From assembly GCF_000014265.1 (NCBI RefSeq), contig NC_008312.1, positions 2,940,001 to 2,972,000 on the forward strand: a DNA stretch of 32,000 nt. Direction: 5' to 3'. The DNA is from Trichodesmium erythraeum IMS101. Lineage in GTDB: Bacteria; Cyanobacteriota; Cyanobacteriia; Cyanobacteriales; Microcoleaceae. The notes beneath the pieces were generated by a model. That model ran no database searches, was not told the origin of the DNA, and saw only the letters and a program-made list of their open reading frames with translations. Below are positions 1 through 10,100 of this stretch, piece by piece. The number at the start of each line of letters is the position of its first letter. The first letter of the stretch is position 1. The translations under genes were made by a program, and so were the position numbers.

Positions 1-1274
1 TTTTCAGTTTTTGATAATTCAGTTTTTCTAAGATTTCTTTGAGTCTCTAATTGCTCTACTGGTTTTTCTGCTTTTCCAATATCTTGATATTTTTTTATCT
101 CTTCATCTCTTGACTCATTTTGATAATTATCTAATTCTGTCACTGGTTTTTCCTCTTGTTTAACTGCATCTGCCATTACCTTTTCTATTGTTTCTGCACT
201 CTCTACTAATAATTGACTTTCGTCATCTTTATTATCAACTTTTCCTTTCAAAACTAAAAGAGAATTTTCTGTTAGTAATTCTTTAATTTCTTGATATACT
301 TTTGGAAAAACTACGGCATCTAGTTGCCCGGTCATATCTTCTACTTGAATAAATGCCATAGGGTCGCCTTTTTTTGTAACATGAGGTTTAATTCCAGCTA
401 ACATTACTACTAATTTTATTTTGGAATTAGATTTTTTTTCTTTCATTTGAGCGATAGAAATAGCATCTTGAATTTGATTTTGTTCTTGTGCATATTTAAG
501 GGGATGATCAGATACATAAAATCCTAGAATTTCTTTTTCATATTCCAATTTTTCTTTGGCTGGAAAATCTGAAACTGGGGAAGATTTAGGAACAGAATCA
601 AAAGCTGAATTTTTTGCTCCAGGGATATGATTATCAAATAAACTTAATTGTCCTATATTGCGGTCTTTATTTCGATCTTGTGCCCATTTCATTACACCTT
701 CTAAGTCTTTAATTAATTGGTGACGGTTTGCTTCAATTTTATCGAAGGCTCCACATTTTATTAAAGATTCTAAAGTACGACTATTAAGGGCATTAAGATT
801 AACGCGGTCACATAAATCTGCTAAAGACTTAAATTCTCCTCCTTCTTTTCTGGCTTTTAAAATTGCTTCTATTGCTCCTTCTCCTACATTTTTTACAGCG
901 GATAATCCTACTAAAATTTTATCTTTTATTTCTTTTGTGGCTACTTTTGGCAAAGGAGTAAAGTCTACTTCTGACTGATTAATATTTGGTGGTTCGACTT
1001 CGATATTAAATTTCTGACAATTAGCAAGATATTTTTGTACTTTATCTTGGTCGCCACTATTTGCGGTTAGTAAAGCTGCCATATATTCGAGTGAATAATT
1101 AGCTTTTAAATAAGCAGTTTGATAAGCTACATAAGCGTAAGCTGTGGAATGAGATTTATTAAAACAGTTGGAAGCAATTAACCCGTTTGCTAATACAAAA
1201 TTATGGTCTTTAGTTACACCAATGTCATAAACATTTTCTGTTTTGGCAAGTTTGCGAGAGACAATTTTTACCAC
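1..1274 (-). CDS. dnaE: DNA polymerase III alpha subunit, C-terminal half (split dnaE-c) with N-terminal split-intein C-fragment; 3' end runs off the window
   Basis: Absent from the ORF track because there is no stop inside the window. Reverse-strand translation starts at GTG 1274..1272 with AAGGAG 8 nt upstream. It reads VVKIVSRKLAKTENVYDIGVTKDHNFVLANGLIASN|CFNKSHSTAYAYVAYQTAYLKANYSLEYMAALLTANSGDQDKVQKYLANCQKFNIEVEPPNINQSEVDF. I hand-translated three segments (about 961-1274 and 3-62) and found them open in this frame; the last codons are PVEQLETQRNLRKTELSKTE. KSHSxAYA..AYQTAYLKA..EYMAALL is the conserved Pol III alpha segment that follows the cyanobacterial split-intein junction. Confidence 0.9.
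   Translation of the reverse strand, partial: MVKIVSRKLAKTENVYDIGVTKDHNFVLANGLIASNCFNKSHSTAYAYVAYQTAYLKANYSLEYMAALLTANSGDQDKVQKYLANCQKFNIEVEPPNINQSEVDFTPLPKVATKEIKDKILVGLSAVKNVGEGAIEAILKARKEGGEFKSLADLCDRVNLNALNSRTLESLIKCGAFDKIEANRHQLIKDLEGVMKWAQDRNKDRNIGQLSLFDNHIPGAKNSAFDSVPKSSPVSDFPAKEKLEYEKEILGFYVSDHPLKYAQEQNQIQDAISIAQMKEKKSNSKIKLVVMLAGIKPHVTKKGDPMAFIQVEDMTGQLDAVVFPKVYQEIKELLTENSLLVLKGKVDNKDDESQLLVESAETIEKVMADAVKQEEKPVTELDNYQNESRDEEIKKYQDIGKAEKPVEQLETQRNLRKTELSKTE
1167..1274 (-). other. Split DnaE intein C-fragment (IntC, 36 codons), followed by +1 Cys-Phe-Asn of the C-extein
   Basis: The 36 codons end in the ..HNFVLANGLIASN terminal Asn (codon 1169..1167). Cys follows at 1166..1164 (plus-strand aca), then Phe-Asn. 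This is the canonical IntC ...HNF..NG.IASN/CFN signature of cyanobacterial DnaE split inteins. Confidence 0.85.
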
Positions 1275-1307
1275 GAGAATAACTCCTTTGTTAGACAAAA
1301 ATAGAAT

Positions 1308-1983
1308 AGGTTTTAGGTTTTAGGTTTGAGGTTTTAGGTTTTAAGTTTTAGGTGTCAATTTTTTGAGGTTTTAGGTTTTAGGTTTTAGGTTTTAGGTTTT
1401 AAGTTTTAGGTGTCAATTTTTTGAGGTTTTAGGTTTTAGTTTTTAGGTTTTAAGTTTTAGGTTTTAAGTTTTAGGTTTTTAAGTTTTAGGTGTCAATTTT
1501 TTTTTGTGTTAATTTTCTGAGGTTTTAGGTGGTAGGTTTTAGACGTCAATTTTTTGAGGTTTTAGGTGGCAGGTTTTAGGTTTTAGGTTTTAAGTTTGAG
1601 GTGTCAATTTTTTGAGGTGTTAATTTTTTGAGGCGTCAATTTTTTGAGGTTTTAGGTGGTAGGTTTTAGACGTCAATTTTTTGAGGTTTTAGGTTGCAGG
1701 TTTTAGGTTTTAGGTTTTAAGTTTGAGGTGTTAATTTTTTGAGGTGTTAATTTTTTGAGGCGTCAATTTTTTGAGGTTTTAGGTGACAGGTTTTAGGTGT
1801 TAATTTTTTGAGGTTTTAGGTTGCAGGTTTTAGGTGTTAGGTGTCAATTTTTTGAGGTGTTAATTTTTTGAGGTGTTAATTTTTTGAGGTTTGAGGTTTT
1901 AGGTTTTAGGTTTGAGGTTTTAGGTGGTAGGTTTTAGGTTGCAGGTTTTAGGTTGCAGGTGTTAGGTGTTAAGTTTGAGGTTT
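1308..1983. repeat. Heptanucleotide microsatellite (GGTTTTA/AGGTTTT and variants) interspersed with repeated 17-mers (G/C/A)G(T/C)GT(C/T)AATTTTTTGAG
   Basis: Direct reading shows runs of aggtttt/aagtttt/gaggttt. They are punctuated about 15 times by ggtgtcaattttttgag, ggtgttaattttttgag, ggcgtcaattttttgag or gacgtcaattttttgag. The plus strand is G/T-rich and C is rare. The array starts 34 nt upstream of the dnaE-c start codon. Confidence 0.95.
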
Positions 1984-2307
1984 AAAATTAACAAATTCAT
2001 AACAGCCTACTACTAACTATCTTAGCCTTCGGTTTGGATACAAAAGCCTGTTAGATAAAATATTATAACATAAGGGCAAATTGTTATATAACGAGGAAAT
2101 TCCAAAGTTTACTTCTCTTTTTTTGACTTTTTTAGATAACCCTACCTCTTGGGAAAGCTTTTTCAATTATTGAAACTTTTTATGTTTATTTATCTACTTT
2201 TTATCTGGTCTATGCTTCTCAATATAGTGGTCTTTTTCTTTTTTTGAACTGTTAATTCAAGGAATGGTTTTTCATTTAATAAAGGTTATTTTATTCTATG
2301 GCGTCTA

Positions 2308-3981
2308 GCGATCGCTTGATCAATTTTTCTTTTCATGACCTCTACTGACTATTTACTTAACTATTGCGCTTGAGTTTTTATATTTTAGATAAAGTGGGTG
2401 GGGTAGCGATCGCTTGATCAATTTTTCTTTTCATGACCTCTACTGGCTATTAACTTAACTATTGCGTTTGAGTTTTTAGATTTTAGATAAAGTGGGTGGG
2501 GTAGCGATCGCTTGATCAATTTTTCTTTTCATGACCTCTACTGGCTATTAACTTAACTATTGCGTTTGAGTTTTTAGATTTTAGATAAAGTGGGTGGGGT
2601 AGCGATCGCTTGATTAATTTTTCTTTTCATGACTTCTACTGGCTATTAACTTAACTATTGCGTTTGAGTTTTTAGATTTTAGATAAAGTGGGTGAGATAG
2701 CGATCGCTTGATAAATTTTTCTTTTCATGACTTCTACTGGCTATTAACTTAACTATTGCGTTTGAGTTTTTAGATTTTAGATAAAGTGGGTGAGATAGCG
2801 ATCGCTTGATCAATTTTTCTTTTCATGACCTCTACTGACTATTTACTTAACTATTGCGCTTGAGTTTTTATATTTTAGATAAAGTGGGTGGGGTAGCGAT
2901 CGCTTGATCAATTTTTCTTTTCATGACCTCTACTGACTATTTACTTAACTATTGCGTTTGAGTTTTTAGATTTTAGATAAAGTAGGTGAGGTAGCGATCG
3001 CTTGATTAATTTTTCTTTTCATGACTTCTACTGGCTATTAACTTAACTATTGCGTTTGAGTTTTTAGATTTTAGATAAAGTGGGTGAGGTAGCGATCGCT
3101 TGATTAATTTTTCTTTTCATGACCTCTACTGACTATTTACTTAACTATTGCGTTTGAGTTTTTAGATTTTAGATAAAGTGGGTGAGGTAGCGATCGCTTG
3201 ATCAATTTTTCTTTTCATGACTTCTACTGGCTATTAACTTAACTATTGCGTTTGAGTTTTTAGATTTTAGATAAAGTGGGTGAGGTAGCGATCGCTTGAT
3301 CAATTTCTCTTTTCATGACCTCTACTGACTATTTACTTAACTATTGCGTTTGAGTTTTTAGATTTTAGATAAAGTGGGTGAGATAGCGATCGCTTGATTA
3401 ATTTTTCTTTTGATGACCTCTACTGACTATTTACTTAACTATTGCGTTTGAGTTTTTAGATTTTAGATAAAGTGGGTGAGGTAGCGATCGCTTGATTAAT
3501 TTTTCTTTTGATGACCTCTACTGACTATTTACTTAACTATTGCGTTTGAGTTTTTAGATTTTAGATAAAGTAGGTGAGATAGCGATCGCTTGATCAATTT
3601 TTCTTTTCATGACTTCTACTGGCTATTAACTTAACTATTGCGTTTGAGTTTTTAGATTTTAGATAAAGTAGGTGAGGTAGCGATCGCTTGATCAATTTTT
3701 CTTTTCATGACTTCTACTGGCTATTTACTTAACTATTGCGTTTGAGTTTTTAGATTTTAGATAAAGTAGGTGAGATAGCGATCGCTTGATCAATTTTTCT
3801 TTTCATGACTTCTACTGGCTATTAACTTAACTATTGCGTTTGAGTTTTTAGATTTTAGATAAAGTGGGTGAGGTAGCGATCGCTTGATCAATTTCTCTTT
3901 TCATGACCTCTACTGACTATTAACTTAACTATTGCGTTTGAGTTTTTAGATTTTAGATAAAGTGGGTGGGGTAGCGATCGC
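2308..3981. repeat. 98-bp tandem repeat, 17 units bounded by 18 HIP1 (GCGATCGC) sites
   Basis: GCGATCGC occurs at 2308, 2406, 2504, 2602 ... 3974, an exact 98-bp period (1666/98 = 17). The unit is GCGATCGC-TTGATCAA-TTTTTCTTTTCATGACCTCTACTGACTATTTACTTAACTATTGCGTTTGAGTTTTTAGATTTTAGATAAAGTGGGTGAGGTA. Units differ only at a handful of variant positions. 98 is not a multiple of 3, and the track lists no ORF of 60 aa or more here except 3962..4159, which only starts at the array's 3' edge. Confidence 0.97.
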
Positions 3982-4013
3982 TTCACTTGAAGAGAAAAAT
4001 ATGTTCAACTACC

Positions 4014-4132
4014 TAATTCCCAAACTCCCAAATTCCCAAACTTTCCCAGTTCCGAAATTTCCCACTCCCAAACTCCCAAACTCCCAAACTCCTAATTCCC
4101 AAATTTCCCAATTCCCGAGTTTCCAAACTTCC
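4014..4132. repeat. Octanucleotide array (N)TCCCAAA, about 15 units, C3-run rich on plus strand and G3-run rich on minus strand
   Basis: The sequence reads taattcccaaactcccaaattcccaaactttcccag...cccactcccaaactcccaaactcccaaactcctaattcccaaatttcccaattcccgag. It lies 55-170 nt upstream of the ATG at 4187. Confidence 0.9.
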
Positions 4133-4186
4133 AGCAAGGCTGCTAATATATATAGTTAAATCCAAACCCAAATCCAAGTTATTTCA

Positions 4187-7100
4187 ATGGCCGAGTTCTC
4201 TAAAGACGATAATTCATACTATCCCGGGGAGCCAGACCCTCTATTCCCAGAAACTAACTATCATCCTGGCACTGACCTAGACCCTGAAATTGCAGACCCC
4301 ATCATACAATGTGCCTGGGGTGAGGTTCGTGACCAATTGGCGGACTTTATCTTAGCCCCCGAATTAGAGGCCCATATGGAGATGGCTTTTGGTGAAACGG
4401 TGGACTCGGATATGGCTAAAAATGAGATTCAGGACATTTTGACTGGGGAAAATTTGCCTGATATTCAAGTGTTGCCTGCGGCTGATATGGATCCGGTGGT
4501 GGGTGGTTTTGATTCTTTGACTGGTACTATTTATTTGGCTGATTCTTTATGGCTTGATACTTGTGGGGCTGAAGATGGGGTTTTGGAGGATGTCCTGTTG
4601 GAGGAGTTGGGGCATTTTTTGGATTCCCAGTTGTCTGAGTCGGACTCCCCTGGAGATGAGGGTGAGTTATGGGCAGGTTTGGTGAAGGGAGAGGAGTTGA
4701 CGGAGTCGGAGGTTTTGCGGCTTCGGGCTCAGGATGATAGGGTTGAGATTTGGGTATGGGGTATTTTGGTTGAGGTTGAGGCTACTCAGGAGGTTTATTT
4801 TGAGAGGGTTGGTGATTTTCCGGTGGGAGACGAACCTAAGTCAGTAGCAGTAGAAGATTTTAATGGAGATGGCATTCCTGATCTGGCTGTGGCGAACTAC
4901 AGTTCAGACAACGTATCAGTGTTATCAGGAAAAGGTGACGGTACTTTTGGTTCACCTACTAATTTCCTGGTAGGAGATTCTCCTAGTTCAGTAGCAGTAG
5001 AAGATTTTAATGGAGATGGCATTCCTGATCTGGCTGTGGCGAACTACAGTTCAGACAACGTATCAGTGTTACCAGGAAAAGGTGACGGTAGTTTTGGTTC
5101 AACTACTAATTTTCCGGTGGGAAGCTTACCTAGGTCAGTAACAGTAGAAGATTTTAATGGAGATGGCATTTCTGATCTGGCTGTGGCAAACAGCTTTTCA
5201 GATAACGTATCAGTGTTATCAGGAAAAGGTGACGGTACTTTTGGTTCAACTACTAATTTTCGGGTGGGAAACTCACCTAAGTCAGTAACAGTAGAAGATT
5301 TTAATGGAGATGGCATTTCTGATCTGGCTGTGGCGAACACATATTCAGACAACGTATCAGTGTTATTAGGAAAAGGTGACGGTACTTTTGGTTCAACTAC
5401 TAATTTTCCGGTGGGAGACGATCCTTTATCAGTAGCAGTAGAAGATTTTAATGGAGATGGCATTCCTGATCTGGCTGTGGCGAACTACAGTTCATACAAC
5501 TTATTAGTCTTATTCGGAAAAGGTGACGGTAGTTTTGGTTTACCTACTAATTTTCAGGTGGGGGATGGGCCATACTCAGTAGCAGCAAGAGATTTTAATG
5601 CAGATGGCATTCCTGATCTAGCTGTGGCAAACTATTGGGATGAAAACGTATCAGTGTTATTCGGAAAGGGTGACGGTAGTTTTGGTTCCGCTATTAATTT
5701 TCAGGTGGGGGATGGGCCGTACTCAGTAGCAGTAGAAGATTTTAATGCAGATGGCATTCCTGATCTAGCTGTGGCCAACTATTGGGATGACAACGTATCC
5801 ATCCTCATCAACACCCCCATAAACATCACCATATCCCCTTTAAGCACTACCAGTCTAGAACCAGGAAAGAGCTATACTCTTGAGTGGACAGACAACTTTA
5901 GGGATGAAGTAAAGCTGGAACTATACAAAGACAATTTTTTACAAGCAACAATTTCTAGTTCTACCCCCAGCGATGGCAGTTTCTCTTGGACGGTGCCGAC
6001 ATCTTTAACCAGCGGTAGTAATTACAATATTAAGATGACTAAGGTCAACGATAGTAGCATTTACGACTACAGCAACAACTTCACCATCGAACCCAATAAA
6101 GAGGTAAACATCACCTTCCCTTCAAATTTTACCAGTCTTCAAACTGGGCAAAGCTACGATATCCAGTGGACAGACAACATAGATGAAAACGTTAAGCTAG
6201 AATTATATAAAGGAGGTTCTTTCAACAGTACCATCTCCAGTTCCACGGAAAGCGACGGCAGTTACTCTTGGGCAGTTCCCACATCCGTGACCACTGGCAG
6301 CGACTATCAAGTAAAAATTACTAGCATCAGCGACAGTAGTCTTTCCGACTTCAGTAACAGCAATTTTACTATTAAGCCAGAAGACTTCATCACAGTTAGT
6401 TCCCCCGACGGTGGCAATACCTTAGAACTTGGAAAAACCTATAGGATAAATTGGAGCGATAATATAGATGAAAATGTCAAGCTAGAATTGTACAAAGCAG
6501 GTTCTTTCTTCGGTACCATCTCCAGTTCCACCGCAAGCAACGGCAGTTACTCTTGGGCAGTTCCCACATCCCTAACCAGTGGCAGCGACTATCAAGTAAA
6601 AATTACTAGCGTCAGCGACAGTAGTATTTCTGACTTGAGTAACAGCAACTTCACTATTAAGCCAGAAGACTTCATCACAGTTAGTTCCCCCGACGGTGGC
6701 AATACCTTAGAACCTGGAAAAACCTATACGATAAATTGGAGCGATAATATAGATGAAAATGTCAAACTAGAATTGTACAAAGCAGGTTCTTTCTTCGGTA
6801 CCATCTCCAGTTCCACCGCAAGCAACGGCAGTTACTCTTGGGCAGTTCCCACATCCCTAAGCACTGGCAGCGACTATCAAGTAAAAATTACTAGCATCAG
6901 CGACAGTAGTATTTCTGACTTGAGTAACAGCAACTTCACTATTAAGCCAGAAGACTTCATCACAGTTAGTTCCCCCGACGGTGGCAATACCTTAGAACTT
7001 GGAAAAACCTATACGATAAATTGGAGCGATAATATAGATGAAAATGTCAAGCTAGAATTGTACAAAGCAGGTTCTTTCTTCGGTACCATCTCCAGTTCCA

Positions 7101-10100
7101 CCGCAAGCAACGGCAGCTACTCTTGGGCAGTTCCCACATCCCTAACCAGTGGCAGCGACTATCAAGTAAAAATTACTAGCGTCAGCGACAGTAGTATTTC
7201 TGACTTGAGTAACAGCAACTTCACTATTAAGCCAGAAGACTTCATCACAGTTAGTTCCCCCGACGGTGGCAATACCTTAGAACTTGGAAAAACCTATACG
7301 ATAAATTGGAGCGATAATATAGATGAAAATGTCAAGCTAGAATTGTACAAAGCAGGTTCTTTCTTCGGTACCATCTCCAGTTCCACCGCAAGCAACGGCA
7401 GCTACTCTTGGGCAGTTCCCACATCCGTGACCAGTGGCAGCGACTATCAAGTAAAAATTACCAGCATCAGCGACAGTAGTATTTCTGACTTGAGTAACAG
7501 CAACTTTACTATTAAGCCAGAAGACTTCATCACAGTTAGTTCCCCCGACGGTGGCAATACCTTAGAACCTGGAAAAACCTATACGATAAATTGGAGCGAT
7601 AATATAGATGAAAATGTCAAACTAGAATTGTACAAGGCAGGTTCTTTCTTCGGTAATATCTCCAGTTCCACCGCAAGCAACGGCAGCTACTCTTGGGCAG
7701 TTCCCACATCCCTAAGCACTGGTAACGACTATCAAGTAAAAATTACCAGCATCAGCGACAGTAGTCTTTCCGACTTCAGTAACAGCAATTTTACTATTAA
7801 GCCAGAAGACTTCATCACAGTTAGTTCCCCCGACGGTGGCAATACCTTAGAACCTGGAAAAACCTATACGATAAATTGGAGGGATAATATAGATGAAAAT
7901 GTCAAACTAGAGTTGTACAAAGCAGGTTCTTTCTTCGGTAATATCTCCAGTTCCACCGCAAGCAACGGCAGTTACTCTTGGGCAGTTCCCACATCCCTAA
8001 CCAGTGGCAGCGACTATCAAGTAAAAATTACCAGCATCAGCGACAGTAGTCTTTCCGACTTGAGTAACAGCAATTTTACTATTAAGCCAGAAGACTTCAT
8101 CACAGTTAGTTCCCCCGACGGAGGCAATACTTTAAAACGAGGAAAAAACTATAGGATAACTTGGAGGGATAATATAGATGAAAATGTCAAGGTAGAGTTG
8201 TACAAAGCAGGTTTTTTATTCGGCACCATCTCCAGTTCCACGGAAAGCGACGGCAGTTACTCTTGGGCAGTTCCCACATCCCTAAGCACTGGTAACGACT
8301 ATCAGGTAAAAGTTACCAGCATCAGCGACGGTAGTCTTTCCGACTTCAGTAACAGCAATTTTACTATTAAACCAGAAGACTTAGCTAAAATTTCCATCGG
8401 AGACACGAAAATTACTGAAGGCAATACAAATAAAGCGGCTAAATTCAAGGTCACCCTAGACAACCCCACGACGGAAACAGTTAAAGTCAACTACACCACA
8501 GCCAACCAAACCGCCAAAGTCAACCAAGACTACAAACTGACCAAAGGCACCCTCACCTTCCGACCTGGAGAAACGAACAAGACTATAACAGTTCCGATAT
8601 TGGGAGATAAGCGGGATGAAGCGGAGGAAAAATTTAATCTCAACCTCAGCCGCCCCCGAAATGCAAAACTTAAAGATGCCCAAGCCATCGGAACTATTGT
8701 TGATAACGACCAACCTCCGCAAATATCTATTGGGGATGCGAAGGTGACTGAGGGAAATAAGGGTAAGAAAAATATGGAGTTTGAAGTGAAGTTAAACGAC
8801 CCCAGCGGTAAAACGGTGAAGGTGAGTTATGGAACTGTTGAGGGCAGCGCGAAGTCTGGAAAAGATTATCAAAAAACAAGTGGGGTACTGACGTTCAAGC
8901 CTGGGCAGAGGAAAAAGATTTTGAATGTTCCCATATTGGGAGATACTCGCGATGAGAAGAATGAGAATTTTCAGGTCAAACTCAGCGGTGCGAAAAATGC
9001 TAAGTTGTCAGATAAAAATGCAGTGGGTGTTATTCGGGATAATGATGAAACGGTTCCGCAAATATCTATTGGGGATGCGAAGGTGACTGAGGGAAATAAG
9101 GGTAAGAAAAATATGGAGTTTGAGGTGGAGTTGAATAAGGGGAGTAGTAAAACAGTGAAGGTGAGTTATGGAACTGTTGACGGCAGCGCGAAGTCTGGAA
9201 AAGATTATCAAAAGACAAGTGGGGTACTGACGTTCAAGCCTGGGCAGAGGAAAAAGATTTTGAATGTTCCGATATTGGGAGATACTCGCGAGGAGAAGAA
9301 TGAGAATTTTCAGGTCAAACTCAGCGGTGCGAAAAATGCTAAGTTGTCAGATAAAAATGCAGTGGGTGTTATTCGGGATAATGATGAAACGGTTCCGCAA
9401 ATATCTATTGGGGATGCGAAAGTGACTGAGGGAAATAAGGGTAAGAAAAATATGGAGTTTGAGGTGGAGTTGAATAAGGGGAGTAGTAAAACAGTGAAGG
9501 TGAGTTATGGAACTGTTGAGGGCAGCGCGAAGTCTGGAAAAGATTATCAAAAAACAAGTGGGGTACTGACATTCAAGCCTGGGCAGAGGAAAAAGATTTT
9601 GAATGTTCCGATATTGGGAGATACTCGCGATGAGAAGAATGAGCAGTTTCAGGTCAAACTCAGCGGTGCGAAAAATGCTAAGTTGTCAGATAAAAATGCA
9701 GTGGGTGTTATTCGGGATAATGATGAAACGGTTCCGCAAATATCTATTGGGGATGCGAAGGTGACTGAGGGAAATAAGGGTAAGAAAAATATGGAGTTTG
9801 AGGTGGAGTTGAATAAGGGGAGTAGTAAAACAGTGAAGGTGAGTTATGGAACTGTTGACGGCAGCGCGAAGTCTGGAAAAGATTATCAAAAAACAAGTGG
9901 GGTACTGACATTCAAGCCTGGGCAGAGGAAAAAGATTTTGAATGTTCCGATATTGGGAGATACTCGCGATGAGAAGAATGAGAATTTTCAGGTCAAACTC
10001 AGCGGTGCGAAAAATGCTAAGTTGTCAGATAAAAATGCAGTGGGTGTTATTCGGGATAATGATGAAATAATTGGAAAAACTCCCCAAATATCTATCAAGG

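Noticed and set aside
1308-1983. GGTTTTA repeats as telomere-like ends or a G-quadruplex array
   Set aside because: The array is internal to a bacterial chromosome, flanked by ordinary genes. It has only GG doublets, so at best weak two-tetrad structures would form. I treated it as an STRR-like satellite.
2308-3981. The 98-bp periodic array as a CRISPR locus
   Set aside because: The entire 98-bp unit repeats, so there are no unique spacers between conserved repeats. No cas genes are nearby.
3962-4159. 65-aa track ORF (MGGVAIASLEEKNMFNYLIPKLPNSQTFPVPKFPTPKLPNSQ...)
   Set aside because: It is a translation of the last 98-bp repeat unit plus the TCCCAAA octamer array. The low-complexity periodic peptide is an artefact of the repeat.
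4600-4640. LLEELGHFLD in the giant protein's N-terminus as a zinc-metalloprotease HExxH site
   Set aside because: The order is E-E-L-G-H, not H-E-x-x-H, and no second His/Glu ligand pattern is evident. I kept it only as an unknown conserved module.
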